Part shown: piece after piece, positions 37,513 through 47,635 of the stretch
Numbering within the stretch: position 1 is the stretch's first letter
How the letters are laid out: every line of letters begins with the position of its first letter
Assembly: GCA_945890895.1 (NCBI GenBank)
Contig: CAMDDG010000001.1
Location: 37,705-101,704, forward strand
Direction: 5' to 3'
Source: Chitinophaga pinensis
GTDB lineage: Bacteria > Bacteroidota > Bacteroidia > NS11-12g > UBA955
Length of the DNA stretch: 64,000 nucleotides
Notes under the pieces: model-generated
What the model was told of the DNA's origin: nothing
Databases searched by the model: none
What the model saw: the letters and a program-made list of their open reading frames with translations, nothing else
Position numbers and translations under genes: made by a program

Positions 37513-39246
37513 TTAATAAACTCGACGTCCTCCAATAAAGGTTTTCTTTACTTTGGTTTTTTTGAGTTTATCTGTTTCTACACTAAGTATATCGTGATTC
37601 AGAATTATGAAATCGGCATATTTCCCTTCTTCCAATGAACCTTTCACTTGATCCTCTCTATTGGCATAGGCCGCCCAAAGCGTCATTCCCAAAAATGCTT
37701 GTTTTCGAGTTAATGCTTGCTCGGGTTTAAACGGTGAAGCTAATGTTCCTGAAAGATCTTTACGTTCAGTGGCACTGTAAAATGTGGCAAACGGGTTAAT
37801 CGCTTCTACCGGGAAATCGGTTCCTAAAGCTAGAATTCCACTACTTTTTAACAAACTTTGATACGCATAAGCACCCGTTTTTGGGTCGTACAATTTACCA
37901 CCGTAAACACGTTGTTTTCCATCTGCACAAAGTCGATCATTTGCCCAAGACGCATCTGAAGTTGCGTGAGTAGGTTGTACACTGGGAATGATGCTGCGTT
38001 GGGAGAATATTTGTTGATCACGAGGATCCACAATTTGTGCGTGCTCAATTCTCCATCGAGCATCATAACCTTCCGGTATTAATTGTTTGAACGATTTTAG
38101 AACCAAGGCATTGGCGCTGTCGCCAATTGCATGAACGCAGACTTGGAAATTTTGTTGCAATAAGATGGAACTATATAAATTAAACTCTTCGGGCTTAATC
38201 AGGCGTAAACCGAAATGATCATGTCGATCGCAATACTGATTTTTCAAAAGAGCACCTCTGGATCCTAAAGCTCCATCAAAATAAATTTTCATGCTGTGAC
38301 AAGTTAGTCGTTCTGAGCGAGGCAGGTTATGGGTTACGATTGCTTTTAAGCTATTTTCATTTGCTGATAGCATAGTATAGAACCGCATGGGCAGTTTGTT
38401 TTCTTTCTGCAATCGGTCAATAAATTGAATTTCATTCAGTTCTAATCCTGCTTCATCCAGCGTTGTCAAACCGTATTTATAGCAATCTTTAGCGTGTTTT
38501 ACAACCGACTTTTCCAAAGTTTTTTCATCCACTGGAGGGATAAAACTCTTTATCCAATCGGCAGCATTATCGATGAAAATACCGGTAGGTTTGCCTTGTG
38601 AATCTTTAATAATTTCTCCGCCATAAATTAGGGTATCCCAATTTAGATTTAACTGTTGAAGTGCAATATCATTTACCCAAACGGCATGACCATCTACACG
38701 GCTCAAACAAACGGGTTTATTTCCAGCATTCTTTAGTTGAGCCGAATTGGGGAAATCTTTGCCCCACAAATTTTGATCCCAGCCTCTTCCAACTACCCAA
38801 GTTCGTTTGGTTTTTTTAGAGAATTTCTTGGCTAATTTTGCTATTTTTTCGGGTGAATTTGCACCGTAAACATTCAATTCGGTGCTTCCTTTGCAGTATG
38901 CCAAAAAATGACAATGCGCGTCTATCAGACCCGGATACATTACCCCTTTATGTTTTATTATTTTCGATTGGGGGTACCATTTCTGTAATTCAGATAGATT
39001 TCCCGTTTTAATGATATATCCGTTTTGAATGGCAATGGCTTCAATTTCAGAAAATCCAGTATCCCCAACAATAATTTTAATTGCTGTGTGAATTTCTATC
39101 TGATTGTTTGATAGGTTGTTGGATTGAGAAAAGCTCGAAGTTGTTGCAATAATTGCGAATAAAAATGAAAAAAACTTACTATTCTTTTGGGGGATAGGCA
39201 TAGATGATGTGTTTAAACAAACGTCTTTTGAAAAATTGTACATCAA
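37513..39246 (-). CDS. Amidohydrolase-family metallohydrolase (YtcJ-like)
   Basis: PGLIDAHCHF (the HxH metal motif), HAIGD and EHAQIV are present. The true start may be Met16 at 39201, which gives a signal peptide. Confidence 0.75.
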   Translation of the reverse strand: MMYNFSKDVCLNTSSMPIPQKNSKFFSFLFAIIATTSSFSQSNNLSNNQIEIHTAIKIIVGDTGFSEIEAIAIQNGYIIKTGNLSELQKWYPQSKIIKHKGVMYPGLIDAHCHFLAYCKGSTELNVYGANSPEKIAKLAKKFSKKTKRTWVVGRGWDQNLWGKDFPNSAQLKNAGNKPVCLSRVDGHAVWVNDIALQQLNLNWDTLIYGGEIIKDSQGKPTGIFIDNAADWIKSFIPPVDEKTLEKSVVKHAKDCYKYGLTTLDEAGLELNEIQFIDRLQKENKLPMRFYTMLSANENSLKAIVTHNLPRSERLTCHSMKIYFDGALGSRGALLKNQYCDRHDHFGLRLIKPEEFNLYSSILLQQNFQVCVHAIGDSANALVLKSFKQLIPEGYDARWRIEHAQIVDPRDQQIFSQRSIIPSVQPTHATSDASWANDRLCADGKQRVYGGKLYDPKTGAYAYQSLLKSSGILALGTDFPVEAINPFATFYSATERKDLSGTLASPFKPEQALTRKQAFLGMTLWAAYANREDQVKGSLEEGKYADFIILNHDILSVETDKLKKTKVKKTFIGGRRVY

Positions 39247-39452
39247 ATTTAACGAAAACTACATTGATTTTCTGTTGAATTTCGTTAAATTTATCAAACC
39301 AACAGAGTAAAGTTTTGTTTTAATACGATTCAATAGTAAAAATCATAAAAATTGTGTTAAACCATTTAAAGAAACAGAACCTAAATTAAATACTAAAAAC
39401 GCCCGAATAATCTATCTTAACCCGTAAACTACCTTAAATTAAAAATTGTAAA

Positions 39453-39962
39453 ATGAATACCAATCAACATAAATCAAACACAAGAAAGTACCTAGTTTTA
39501 GGAGTTGGAATTTTGATTCTAAGCGCAGCTTTCGTTGGCTATAAAATGTATTCTCAACCCAATGAATTTGTTTCAACTGGCACACCCGATTTTACCTTAA
39601 GCTCTGAAGAAATTATTAAAGAAGGTTTGGAATCGGTGGATTCCGTTTTTAACCAAAAATACGTTGGTAAAGCCATTCGATTTTCAGGAAAAATCCAGTC
39701 GGTTTCCCCAATCACCTTTTCAGGCGATACCAAAGTAAAACCAACGGGATCTGTATCTTTAAACTCTGGACAAGATGAAGTATTAGTCAATTTAGGATTT
39801 CACGAGTCTCAAAATGCAGATTTAGAAGGTCTTAAAAACGAGGTGGGTAAAACTGTTGAATTTCAGTGTGAATGCAATGGAGTTTCAAAACCATCTGATG
39901 AAGACGATTTACTTTCGGAGGTTATTTTTAGCTTTTCGAGATGTACGGTTATCAAAAAATAA
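39453..39962 (+). CDS. tRNA_anti-like OB-fold protein, membrane anchored, function unknown
   Basis: An N-terminal TM helix is present. FNQKYVGKAIRFSGKIQSV is typical of that family. Confidence 0.5.
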   Translation: MNTNQHKSNTRKYLVLGVGILILSAAFVGYKMYSQPNEFVSTGTPDFTLSSEEIIKEGLESVDSVFNQKYVGKAIRFSGKIQSVSPITFSGDTKVKPTGSVSLNSGQDEVLVNLGFHESQNADLEGLKNEVGKTVEFQCECNGVSKPSDEDDLLSEVIFSFSRCTVIKK

Positions 39963-40085
39963 ATAAGAAGTTCAAGTTCAGTTTCAATAGTACAGAAAAA
40001 ATAATAAACCTGCTTTTAGTCAAAGGTTTACAAGAATGCAAACAACATAAAGAATCAAACTTAAATACAATACAATAAAATAATT

Positions 40086-40646
40086 ATGAAAAAATACATT
40101 TCAATTTTAGTTATGGCTATGGTTTTTACTATAGGTTCAACCTTCGCTCAAACCTACAAAACCAGCACCGGACAAATCAAATTTGTTAGTGAAACAGATT
40201 TCGAAAAGTTTGAAGCAATTAACAATCAAGTATCTGCCGCTATTACCGCTCAGGGAAAATTACAATTTAAAGTACCGGTAAATTCATTTGAATTCGAAAA
40301 GAAATTGATGCAAACACATTTTCAAGAGAATTATATGGAATCGGCGACATTTCCTAATGGAACTTTTAAAGGAGATTTTAAAGATTTTCAAAATGTAAAT
40401 TTGAAGAAAGCGGGAACTTACGATGTTGTAGCTAAGGGTGCATTAGAAATTCATGGTGTATCAAAAGAAGTTGAAATTCCTGGTAAATTAATTTCAGATG
40501 GTAAAGGTGGAATCACTTTAAAAGCCAATTTCAATATTTCCTGTAAAGAATACGGAGTGAATATTCCCAAAAATGTAGTGAGCAAAGTATCGGATGTCAT
40601 TAAAATTTCAGTTAACTGCCCAGTTGCTGAGGTTCAAAAGAAATAA
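40086..40646 (+). CDS. YceI-family (polyisoprenoid-binding) protein
   Basis: It has a signal peptide. The YceI lipocalin-like pattern reads ...GQIKFVSET...F.G.F...GALEIHGVSKEVEIPG. Confidence 0.75.
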   Translation: MKKYISILVMAMVFTIGSTFAQTYKTSTGQIKFVSETDFEKFEAINNQVSAAITAQGKLQFKVPVNSFEFEKKLMQTHFQENYMESATFPNGTFKGDFKDFQNVNLKKAGTYDVVAKGALEIHGVSKEVEIPGKLISDGKGGITLKANFNISCKEYGVNIPKNVVSKVSDVIKISVNCPVAEVQKK

Positions 40647-40677
40647 TTTCTTTAGAAATCGGATAAATTTATATTAA

Positions 40678-41331
40678 ATGAAAAAATTCTTTCATGGTGC
40701 AATTTCGGCAATGCTTTTGTGGAGCATTGCCGTGATTCCCTCCTCTTGCAAACACGAGGTTCTTCCTACCATTAACGCCACCGATATTTGTTTTGAGCGC
40801 GATGTGCTTCCGATTTTTGTGAGTAATTGCGCAATGAGTGGTTGTCATGATTCCAAAACCAGAGAAGATGGATACGAACTGACTAATTATGCAACCATCA
40901 CGGCAAAAGGAATTAAACCCGGAAACCCCAATGGTTCAAAAATTTGGGAATCCATAGATGACGGAGAAATGCCTCCCAAAAATGATTTATCCCCCGAACA
41001 AAAAGCCATTATTAAAACGTGGATTGCCGATGGGGCAAAAAATGGTGTTGGTTGTAGCTCGAATTGTGATTCAACTCAGTTCACGTATTCAAATGCCATT
41101 TCCGGTATCATTACCACACATTGTAAAGGATGTCATACCAATCCGGGCGCTTCCGGAAATTTGGATTTAAATAGCTATTCCAATGTTAAAAATGCTGCAC
41201 AATCTGGAAAATTATTGAATAGCGTGAATGGTACCAATGGATATACCATAATGCCTCCATCTGGCAATAAACTCAGCGATTGTCAGATAACGCAAATTAA
41301 AAAATGGATTCAGAATGGTTATCCTAATTAG
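40678..41331 (+). CDS. Lipoprotein with two cytochrome-c-like (PSCyt1-type) domains
   Basis: A lipobox is present (IPSSCK). Domain 1 is VLPIFVSNCAMSGCHD...MPP...IKTWIADGAKN, with a CX4CH motif. Domain 2 is IITTHCKGCHT...MPP...IKKWIQNGYPN, with a CXXCH motif. Confidence 0.55.
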   Translation: MKKFFHGAISAMLLWSIAVIPSSCKHEVLPTINATDICFERDVLPIFVSNCAMSGCHDSKTREDGYELTNYATITAKGIKPGNPNGSKIWESIDDGEMPPKNDLSPEQKAIIKTWIADGAKNGVGCSSNCDSTQFTYSNAISGIITTHCKGCHTNPGASGNLDLNSYSNVKNAAQSGKLLNSVNGTNGYTIMPPSGNKLSDCQITQIKKWIQNGYPN

Positions 41332-41401
41332 ATTTATGAACCATTTCATTCTGAATTTTTACAACTGACTCAATCAGATTATAATTATAATTAGTTATTT
41401 A

Positions 41402-41800
41402 ATGAATTATTTATTTAAGCGTTCTAAATTAAAGCGTTACAACTTTTTAATTACTGGAATAGCTGCTATCATTTCTTTTAGCTCTTGCTATTACGACAAA
41501 TCCGAAGAATTGTACGGCAAAGGAAGTTGTGACACTACTTCAGTAACCTATTCAACCAGTATTTCTCCCATAATTAATCGAGATTGTTCGAGCTGTCACT
41601 CAGGTGGAAGTCCATCTGCGGGTATAAGTTTATACGACTACACTTCGGTGAAGAATTACATGACCAGCAGTCGTTTAGTTTTGATGGGTTCTGTTAAGCA
41701 AGATGGCACTGCATCCAATATGCCTAAAGGTGGAAGCAAAATCAGTACATGTGAAATCAATAAATTGGAGGCTTGGGTAAACCAAGGAATGAAGCCATGA
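41402..41800 (+). CDS. Single-domain cytochrome-c-like protein, paralogous to the preceding gene's domains
   Basis: ISPIINRDCSSCHSG...NMPKGG...INKLEAWVNQGMKP is present. The stop overlaps the next start (ATGA). Confidence 0.55.
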   Translation: MNYLFKRSKLKRYNFLITGIAAIISFSSCYYDKSEELYGKGSCDTTSVTYSTSISPIINRDCSSCHSGGSPSAGISLYDYTSVKNYMTSSRLVLMGSVKQDGTASNMPKGGSKISTCEINKLEAWVNQGMKP

Positions 41801-42894
41801 CGCCAATAAATCCTTTGCTCCGATTATTTATGGGTTTAATGAATTTGATTTATCCCAACCATTCGACATCGAATCCAGCAAATCAATCAACGAATACATC
41901 AGATTCAATAGTATTGGTGGAATCACCTATTTTAAGTAATTACAATTCCAAGGATTCTATTGCGAATGCCCATGAATATTCTGATTCTTCGTTGAAAACG
42001 GTGTCAAATTCAATTGAAAGTTCAAATTCGGATGGGAACTCAAGTTCAAACACATCGCACAAGATGGATTCCAAAATTCATTTAACAGAGCAAGTTTCCA
42101 ATCCCCCGAAAAAGAAAAATTACGATATCCCTTTAACAGATGCTTCTGCTCAAGCTAAATCAATGAGATTAATCACCGGCCACACCACCGAAACATTGCC
42201 ACGAGGTACATTTGAATTAACCATTCAACATCGCTTTGGTGAAATAGGATCGGGTGCAGAAAATTTATATGGAATCGATAATTTAAACTCCATGAGAATC
42301 GGATTTGATTTTGCACTGGGAAATCGAGTGACATTGGGGCTTGGAAGAAGTTCTATGAAGGCAACCTACAACTCCTATTTCAAATGGCGGGTCATTGGAA
42401 ATCCTGAAAGTAAGTTTAACCTCACGTATTTAGCGGATGCTAGTTTGGATGGAAGACCATCAACGTCATGGGGCGTTTCACCCTTCTTTTATTCCCACCG
42501 ATTGGCATATACTCACCAGTTAATAGCATCCATGCAGTTGGGGGGGAAGCTTGTAATTGGTGTTGCACCCAGTATAGTGCATTTTAATCTGGTGGATCTA
42601 ACAAATTATTCAAATGATATACCCGTAATTCATGGCTATCTCAGAAGATCCGTAGGTAAAAAAATGGCATTTACTGCAGAAGGGAGTTTTATACCTAATG
42701 GAATAATTTCGAATCCTACCAAAACACAGCCCACCGCCGGCTTTGGATTTGAATATTATACACCTCGACATGCATTTCAAATCAGTTTAACCAATTCTCG
42801 TTCACTCAACGAACCTTATTTCCTGGTAACCGATGAAACCAAAAGCTCAATTTCTAATTTTTGTTTGGGATTTAATTTAGTACGAAGATGGTAA
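41797..42894 (+). CDS. DUF5777-like beta-barrel protein with Ser/Asn-rich N-terminal region
   Basis: The ATG at 41797 overlaps the upstream stop. The motif is TIQHRFGEIGSGAENLYGIDNLNSMRIGFDFALGNRVTLGLGRS. It is paralogous to the next gene. Confidence 0.55.
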   Translation: MTPINPLLRLFMGLMNLIYPNHSTSNPANQSTNTSDSIVLVESPILSNYNSKDSIANAHEYSDSSLKTVSNSIESSNSDGNSSSNTSHKMDSKIHLTEQVSNPPKKKNYDIPLTDASAQAKSMRLITGHTTETLPRGTFELTIQHRFGEIGSGAENLYGIDNLNSMRIGFDFALGNRVTLGLGRSSMKATYNSYFKWRVIGNPESKFNLTYLADASLDGRPSTSWGVSPFFYSHRLAYTHQLIASMQLGGKLVIGVAPSIVHFNLVDLTNYSNDIPVIHGYLRRSVGKKMAFTAEGSFIPNGIISNPTKTQPTAGFGFEYYTPRHAFQISLTNSRSLNEPYFLVTDETKSSISNFCLGFNLVRRW

Positions 42895-43844
42895 AGAATA
42901 ATTTTCAAAAAAGTCCCAAAATAATTGATATAAAATCCATTTTAAACGTGTTTGAATTAAAATATTTTTGGCGATCATTGATTCTATTTTGTGGATTATT
43001 TCTGCAATTTAGCTGGGTTTCAGCTCAAGAGGATGATTTATTGTTGGATGATGCAACCACTCAAAATACAACGGCTCCAAAAGTAGATTTTGCTTTTAAA
43101 ACGACGAAAGTAGTCAACCTACAAAGTTTAGAAATAACCGATCCTGGGGTACTCGATTTCAAAATGATGCATCGTTTTGGCCCATTAAATTCAGGACCTT
43201 ACAAGGCATTTGGTTTGGATTTAGCTACAGTGAGATTTGGTTTTGAGTACGGAATTGTACCTGATTTAATGATTGCGGCTGGACGGTCTAATGTGAATGG
43301 GAATAAAAACATGGATGCACTGTTAAAATATCGACTGTTGCATCAAAATACGACCAATACTATTCCAATTTCGTTGGAATTGGTTGCTGGAACTCAATAT
43401 TTGTTGGGTAGTCAGTATTCCAATTCAACAAACCAACAACGTAGTTCTTATTTTGGACAGATGATTCTGGGTAGGAAAATGGATGAAGATTTGAGCATCA
43501 TTCTATCGCCAACGTTTTTAATGAATGCTACATCTGCCATGGATAATACTCAGCAATGGGCGTTGGGTGTGGGACTTCGTCACAAAATATCAGTTAGAAG
43601 CTCCATCAATTTGGAATATATTCCGGTTTTGACCCAAAAAGGTACAATGATTAATAGCTTTTCAGTTGGAATGGATGTAGAAACAGGAGGACATGTATTT
43701 CAGTTTCATATAACCAATAGCATGGGGCTGAATGAAGCGCAATTTATTAGCAATACCAGCGAAAGTTGGAAAGATAGAGGAATTCGATTCGGGTTTAACT
43801 TGTCGCGCGTATTTACCGTTGTAAAACCCAAAACCTTTAAATAG
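42888..43844 (+). CDS. DUF5777-like beta-barrel protein
   Basis: A signal peptide ends at VSAQ. The motif is KMMHRFGPLNSGPYKAFGLDLATVRFGFEYGIVPDLMIAAGRS. It overlaps the upstream gene by 7 nt. Confidence 0.55.
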   Translation: MVKNNFQKSPKIIDIKSILNVFELKYFWRSLILFCGLFLQFSWVSAQEDDLLLDDATTQNTTAPKVDFAFKTTKVVNLQSLEITDPGVLDFKMMHRFGPLNSGPYKAFGLDLATVRFGFEYGIVPDLMIAAGRSNVNGNKNMDALLKYRLLHQNTTNTIPISLELVAGTQYLLGSQYSNSTNQQRSSYFGQMILGRKMDEDLSIILSPTFLMNATSAMDNTQQWALGVGLRHKISVRSSINLEYIPVLTQKGTMINSFSVGMDVETGGHVFQFHITNSMGLNEAQFISNTSESWKDRGIRFGFNLSRVFTVVKPKTFK

Positions 43845-43942
43845 AGTACTTGAATCGATGGGCTGGTGATCTGCATTTTTAAAACCCGGAACCTATAAAA
43901 AGGGTGCATAAATGTAAGCTTTACAATTCAATGTGTAAAAGC

Positions 43943-45943
43943 TCAAATGCCATAAGCAAACGGATTGCCAGGAATAATTTCAATTTCAATTCTAGAGTCT
44001 GTGAATTCCTTAAGTTGTGGATTCGCAGATTCTAGATTTAACCTCAATATGGATTGATGGTCCCAATCTGGAATATCAATTAGTTTCAGTGTTAGGTAAA
44101 TGCATGAGTCTGTAGAACCTTGTTCCCAGCGATAATCATACTGAATCCTGGCTTTGTTAAAACCCTCTTTAAACAGTGCACTTACTAGTTTTATAGAATC
44201 CAATTTTAATTCATTTGAAATGAATCGAATTCCGATTAAATCGTACGAATTGATTTTAAACGTATTTAAATTTACAAATACGGATGCAGTTGAATCCAAG
44301 GATAACACCCTGTATTGTGCCATTTTTTTGTTGCCTAAGATTGAATTGGAATTCTCTCCATTCGCTTTTTTACGCACAAAGCATTGAATTTCACCTCCAA
44401 CGGTTCGGTGCACCCATTTTTTATGATTCCAAGTAAGTGAAATGCGTTTTGAACAGTGATTCAGGATATTCAAAATATTTACGTCGGAACCCGAATTCAG
44501 TGCTAATACGAGTGTATCTTTTCCCCAAACTCCGTTTGACCAATCGAACCATAGTTGATTTGATTTTTTTTGAGGGATAGTATTTAATTTTTGAATGAAC
44601 AGAAGGTTATCCGTTTTTATTGAGGTCCCCAAAAAGTCCTGCTGATGATATTCCAATAAATCAACGGGACCATCAATTAAAAGCATAGAATTTTGGGAAT
44701 AATTTAATTGCTCATTTTTGTATACCCGAAATGGTTCTGCATATCGGTCATGTACCCGAATTTCACTAAAGTGGAGTTTCTCGAATAGGGTATTATTTAA
44801 TGAAAGTAGAATAATACACAGAAAAAAAACCGATTTTAGGTATGATTCTTTGGGTAATTTAGTGAAAATGTTAATCGCAGAATGCGACGGAATCGCTTTA
44901 TTATTCGATTGGTTGAAAGTGAGATACCGGCTAATCCAATTGAATATAGAAAAGATACTTTCGACCGCTTTTGAAATGAACAAAGGGAATGCGAAATACA
45001 GAGCATTGTGCTGTAAAACCGGTTTGCGGAAAACTGAGTAACTGTATAATATGATTAAAACAAGGACCCAAATTAATCCATTGCGATTAAAACCGTTTTT
45101 CCAATTTCGATTTTGAAAGATAATATTAACCAAAATTGATGCAATGAATATCCATAAAATCCAGTTATTGTTGCCACAAATGTATTTGAAATGATGAATT
45201 ACAAAATGAGGCGTAGGTGCACCCAGCCAATTCAGTCCTGCCAGCTCAAACTGATTGACAATTACGGAAATCTGAGGAAGATTAATTATCAATGCCACTA
45301 GACCTATTTTGAAGAATAGTTTTGATGAATTAAATCTATAATCCCATCCCCAAGAAAAAACAAAAAATACCAATCCGGTTAAGAGCGCGAAATAATGGAT
45401 ATATCCCAATAATCCTAAAAATACAGCCGACCAAATCCAATTGCGATGATTCAACTGAAGGCGCTCAAAATGATAAAAGAATAGCATCAGTATAGAAAAT
45501 CCAGGTGCATAAGGCCGAAGCCAAGAACCTAAACTCAACGGCCACCACATCAATGAAATGAACGCATATCCCAATAGTGAAATCCATGCAGCAGATAGAT
45601 TACTTTCACCATTTTTTAGTGCTAATTGGTACATCCATTTTTTAAAATATACATTTCCAATTAATGTAAGTGCAACCCAAATGAATCGAAAAATATCGGG
45701 ATTCCATCCGCCAAAATGTGTGCCTAACCAAATAACGGTTTGAATTCCTGCAGGATGCCCATCCGGAAGAATTCCAATTTGTATGTGTTCAGCAAAATGG
45801 GAGCATTTTGTAGCTCTGATTATTGCAGATAGTTCGTCGGAATCAAAATCTGAAATCCAAGCCGAAGTATTGAGTAAAATGAAGCTCAATAAAAAAACAA
45901 TACCGAAAATTAATCGATGAATCATGGGTTCAAATCGTTTCAC
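43943..45943 (-). CDS. Polytopic membrane protein with GT-C/ArnT-like N-terminal half and soluble C-terminal domain
   Basis: About ten hydrophobic helices span the first ~390 aa. A ~270-aa non-membrane domain follows. No catalytic motif could be confirmed. Confidence 0.4.
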   Translation of the reverse strand: MKRFEPMIHRLIFGIVFLLSFILLNTSAWISDFDSDELSAIIRATKCSHFAEHIQIGILPDGHPAGIQTVIWLGTHFGGWNPDIFRFIWVALTLIGNVYFKKWMYQLALKNGESNLSAAWISLLGYAFISLMWWPLSLGSWLRPYAPGFSILMLFFYHFERLQLNHRNWIWSAVFLGLLGYIHYFALLTGLVFFVFSWGWDYRFNSSKLFFKIGLVALIINLPQISVIVNQFELAGLNWLGAPTPHFVIHHFKYICGNNNWILWIFIASILVNIIFQNRNWKNGFNRNGLIWVLVLIILYSYSVFRKPVLQHNALYFAFPLFISKAVESIFSIFNWISRYLTFNQSNNKAIPSHSAINIFTKLPKESYLKSVFFLCIILLSLNNTLFEKLHFSEIRVHDRYAEPFRVYKNEQLNYSQNSMLLIDGPVDLLEYHQQDFLGTSIKTDNLLFIQKLNTIPQKKSNQLWFDWSNGVWGKDTLVLALNSGSDVNILNILNHCSKRISLTWNHKKWVHRTVGGEIQCFVRKKANGENSNSILGNKKMAQYRVLSLDSTASVFVNLNTFKINSYDLIGIRFISNELKLDSIKLVSALFKEGFNKARIQYDYRWEQGSTDSCIYLTLKLIDIPDWDHQSILRLNLESANPQLKEFTDSRIEIEIIPGNPFAYGI

Positions 45944-45948
45944 CGGTT

Positions 45949-47217
45949 TTAAGTTTTCTGTTTAGATTTTTGAGCTGAAGGGAAAAGAATGTTGTTTAAA
46001 ATTAACCGATAACCCGGACTGTTAGGATGCAAATTTAAGTCAGTAGGAGGTTCGCCAACATGGTGTTGATAATCCTCTGGATCATGTCCTCCAAAAAAAG
46101 TCCAGGTTCCTTTGCCCATTTCTCCGTGAATATAGCGGGCTTCACCCAAAAGAGCATTTTCACCCATTACCAGTACATCACTTTTAATTAAATCCTTATT
46201 GTATGCAGTAGTTTGACCCATAAATCCTCGAATTGTACGGGTGTGATTTTGACAAAGAATGCTGGGAATTAAATCCCATTTGGCGGAATAATCGAACAAA
46301 GTGAATAAATCGGTTTCTTCGGTAACACCCCTTTTTGCTGGATCAACGTCGATGTTGGAAAACTCATAAACATACGGACTGGTTTCTAATTTGAAGTTTT
46401 TAAAGGCAAAACAGGGATCAAAATTGAGTTTTTGTTGGGCCATTGGATCCGCTGGATCCCCATCGAATACAGATTCACAAATATCGGTGCCTTGTGCACT
46501 CAATGTAATGTCGTAAGTATCTGTTGCAGAACACATGGCAAAAAGAAACCCTCCGCCCAAACAAAAATCACGAATTTTTAATGTTACCGCGGTTTTTAAC
46601 TCTCTAACGCTTTGAAAGCCGTGTTTCATGGCCATGCTTTCGGCTTCCTTAACTTCAGAAATGTACCAAGGGGCATTGGCATAAGAAGCCCAGAATTTTC
46701 CAAATTGGCCGGTGAAATCTTCATGATGCAAATGTAACCAATCGTATTCAGATAACTTTCCCTCGAGAACTTCATCATCGAAAACAACCGAATAGGGGAT
46801 TTCAGCGTACGTCAATACCATTGTAACAGCGTCGTCCCACGGTTGCTTGGTTTTGGGGGAATACACAGCAATTTTCGGCGCATTGAGCAATTTAACCATA
46901 TTCATGTTGACAGACGGGTTGGAAATTTCTGATTCAATTCGTTCTGCCTCTATTTCGGAAATAACAGAATAGGTTACACCACGGGTTTTGCATTCGGTTT
47001 CTAAGCTAGATTGGTATCGGGTCATAAAGCTTCCTCCCTGATAATTAAGCAACCATAATACTTCCGCTTTTTGTTTGTCGAGAAGCCAAAATGCAATTCC
47101 ATATGATTTTAAATGGTTTTTTTGGGTTTCATCCATAGGGATGAGGATGCGATTTGCAAACAAATTACTCGATGCATATACCAATAAAAAAGCTAAAAAT
47201 GGGAACCTATATTTCAT
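45949..47217 (-). CDS. Conserved secreted protein, possible class-I glutamine-amidotransferase-like fold
   Basis: I prefer the start at MKYRFPFLAFLLVYASSNLFA (signal peptide). GGGFLFAMCSA resembles a nucleophile elbow. The functional call is weak. Confidence 0.35.
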   Translation of the reverse strand: MKYRFPFLAFLLVYASSNLFANRILIPMDETQKNHLKSYGIAFWLLDKQKAEVLWLLNYQGGSFMTRYQSSLETECKTRGVTYSVISEIEAERIESEISNPSVNMNMVKLLNAPKIAVYSPKTKQPWDDAVTMVLTYAEIPYSVVFDDEVLEGKLSEYDWLHLHHEDFTGQFGKFWASYANAPWYISEVKEAESMAMKHGFQSVRELKTAVTLKIRDFCLGGGFLFAMCSATDTYDITLSAQGTDICESVFDGDPADPMAQQKLNFDPCFAFKNFKLETSPYVYEFSNIDVDPAKRGVTEETDLFTLFDYSAKWDLIPSILCQNHTRTIRGFMGQTTAYNKDLIKSDVLVMGENALLGEARYIHGEMGKGTWTFFGGHDPEDYQHHVGEPPTDLNLHPNSPGYRLILNNILFPSAQKSKQKT

Positions 47218-47576
47218 ATTATCTCTGCGGATTTTTGACCTAACCAAACCAGGAATATACCTAAAGTAAGTGATAATAAACCATACAAAACGCCCAATGT
47301 TATTTGTTTTTCGTTGAAGTACCGCATAAGTTCTAGCCCTAAGCCAGAAAAAGTGGTCAATCCCCCTAGAAACCCAGTAATTGTTAGAGCTTTTATTTGG
47401 TCGGAGTCAATTTTCATCCAAAGAAAACCAATGAAAAAGCATCCCAACATATTCACTGAAAATGTGGCATAAGCAAATTGACCGGTTTGGAAGGGAAGAA
47501 ATTTACCCATTATACCGCGAACAATGCTTCCCAACGCACCTCCAATAGCCGTCAGTAAATAAAATTGGAAACTCAT
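47214..47576 (-). CDS. crcB: Fluoride channel CrcB/FluC
   Basis: I prefer the internal Met (MSFQFYLLTAIGGALGSIVRG), which gives a 120-aa product. GFLGGLTTFSG is present, with four TM helices. Confidence 0.85.
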   Translation of the reverse strand: MSFQFYLLTAIGGALGSIVRGIMGKFLPFQTGQFAYATFSVNMLGCFFIGFLWMKIDSDQIKALTITGFLGGLTTFSGLGLELMRYFNEKQITLGVLYGLLSLTLGIFLVWLGQKSAEII

Positions 47577-47635
47577 GTCTGCGAAAATAGGACATTTTGT
47601 TAATTTTGTTGAATCACGTAAATCCAAGCAGAAAT

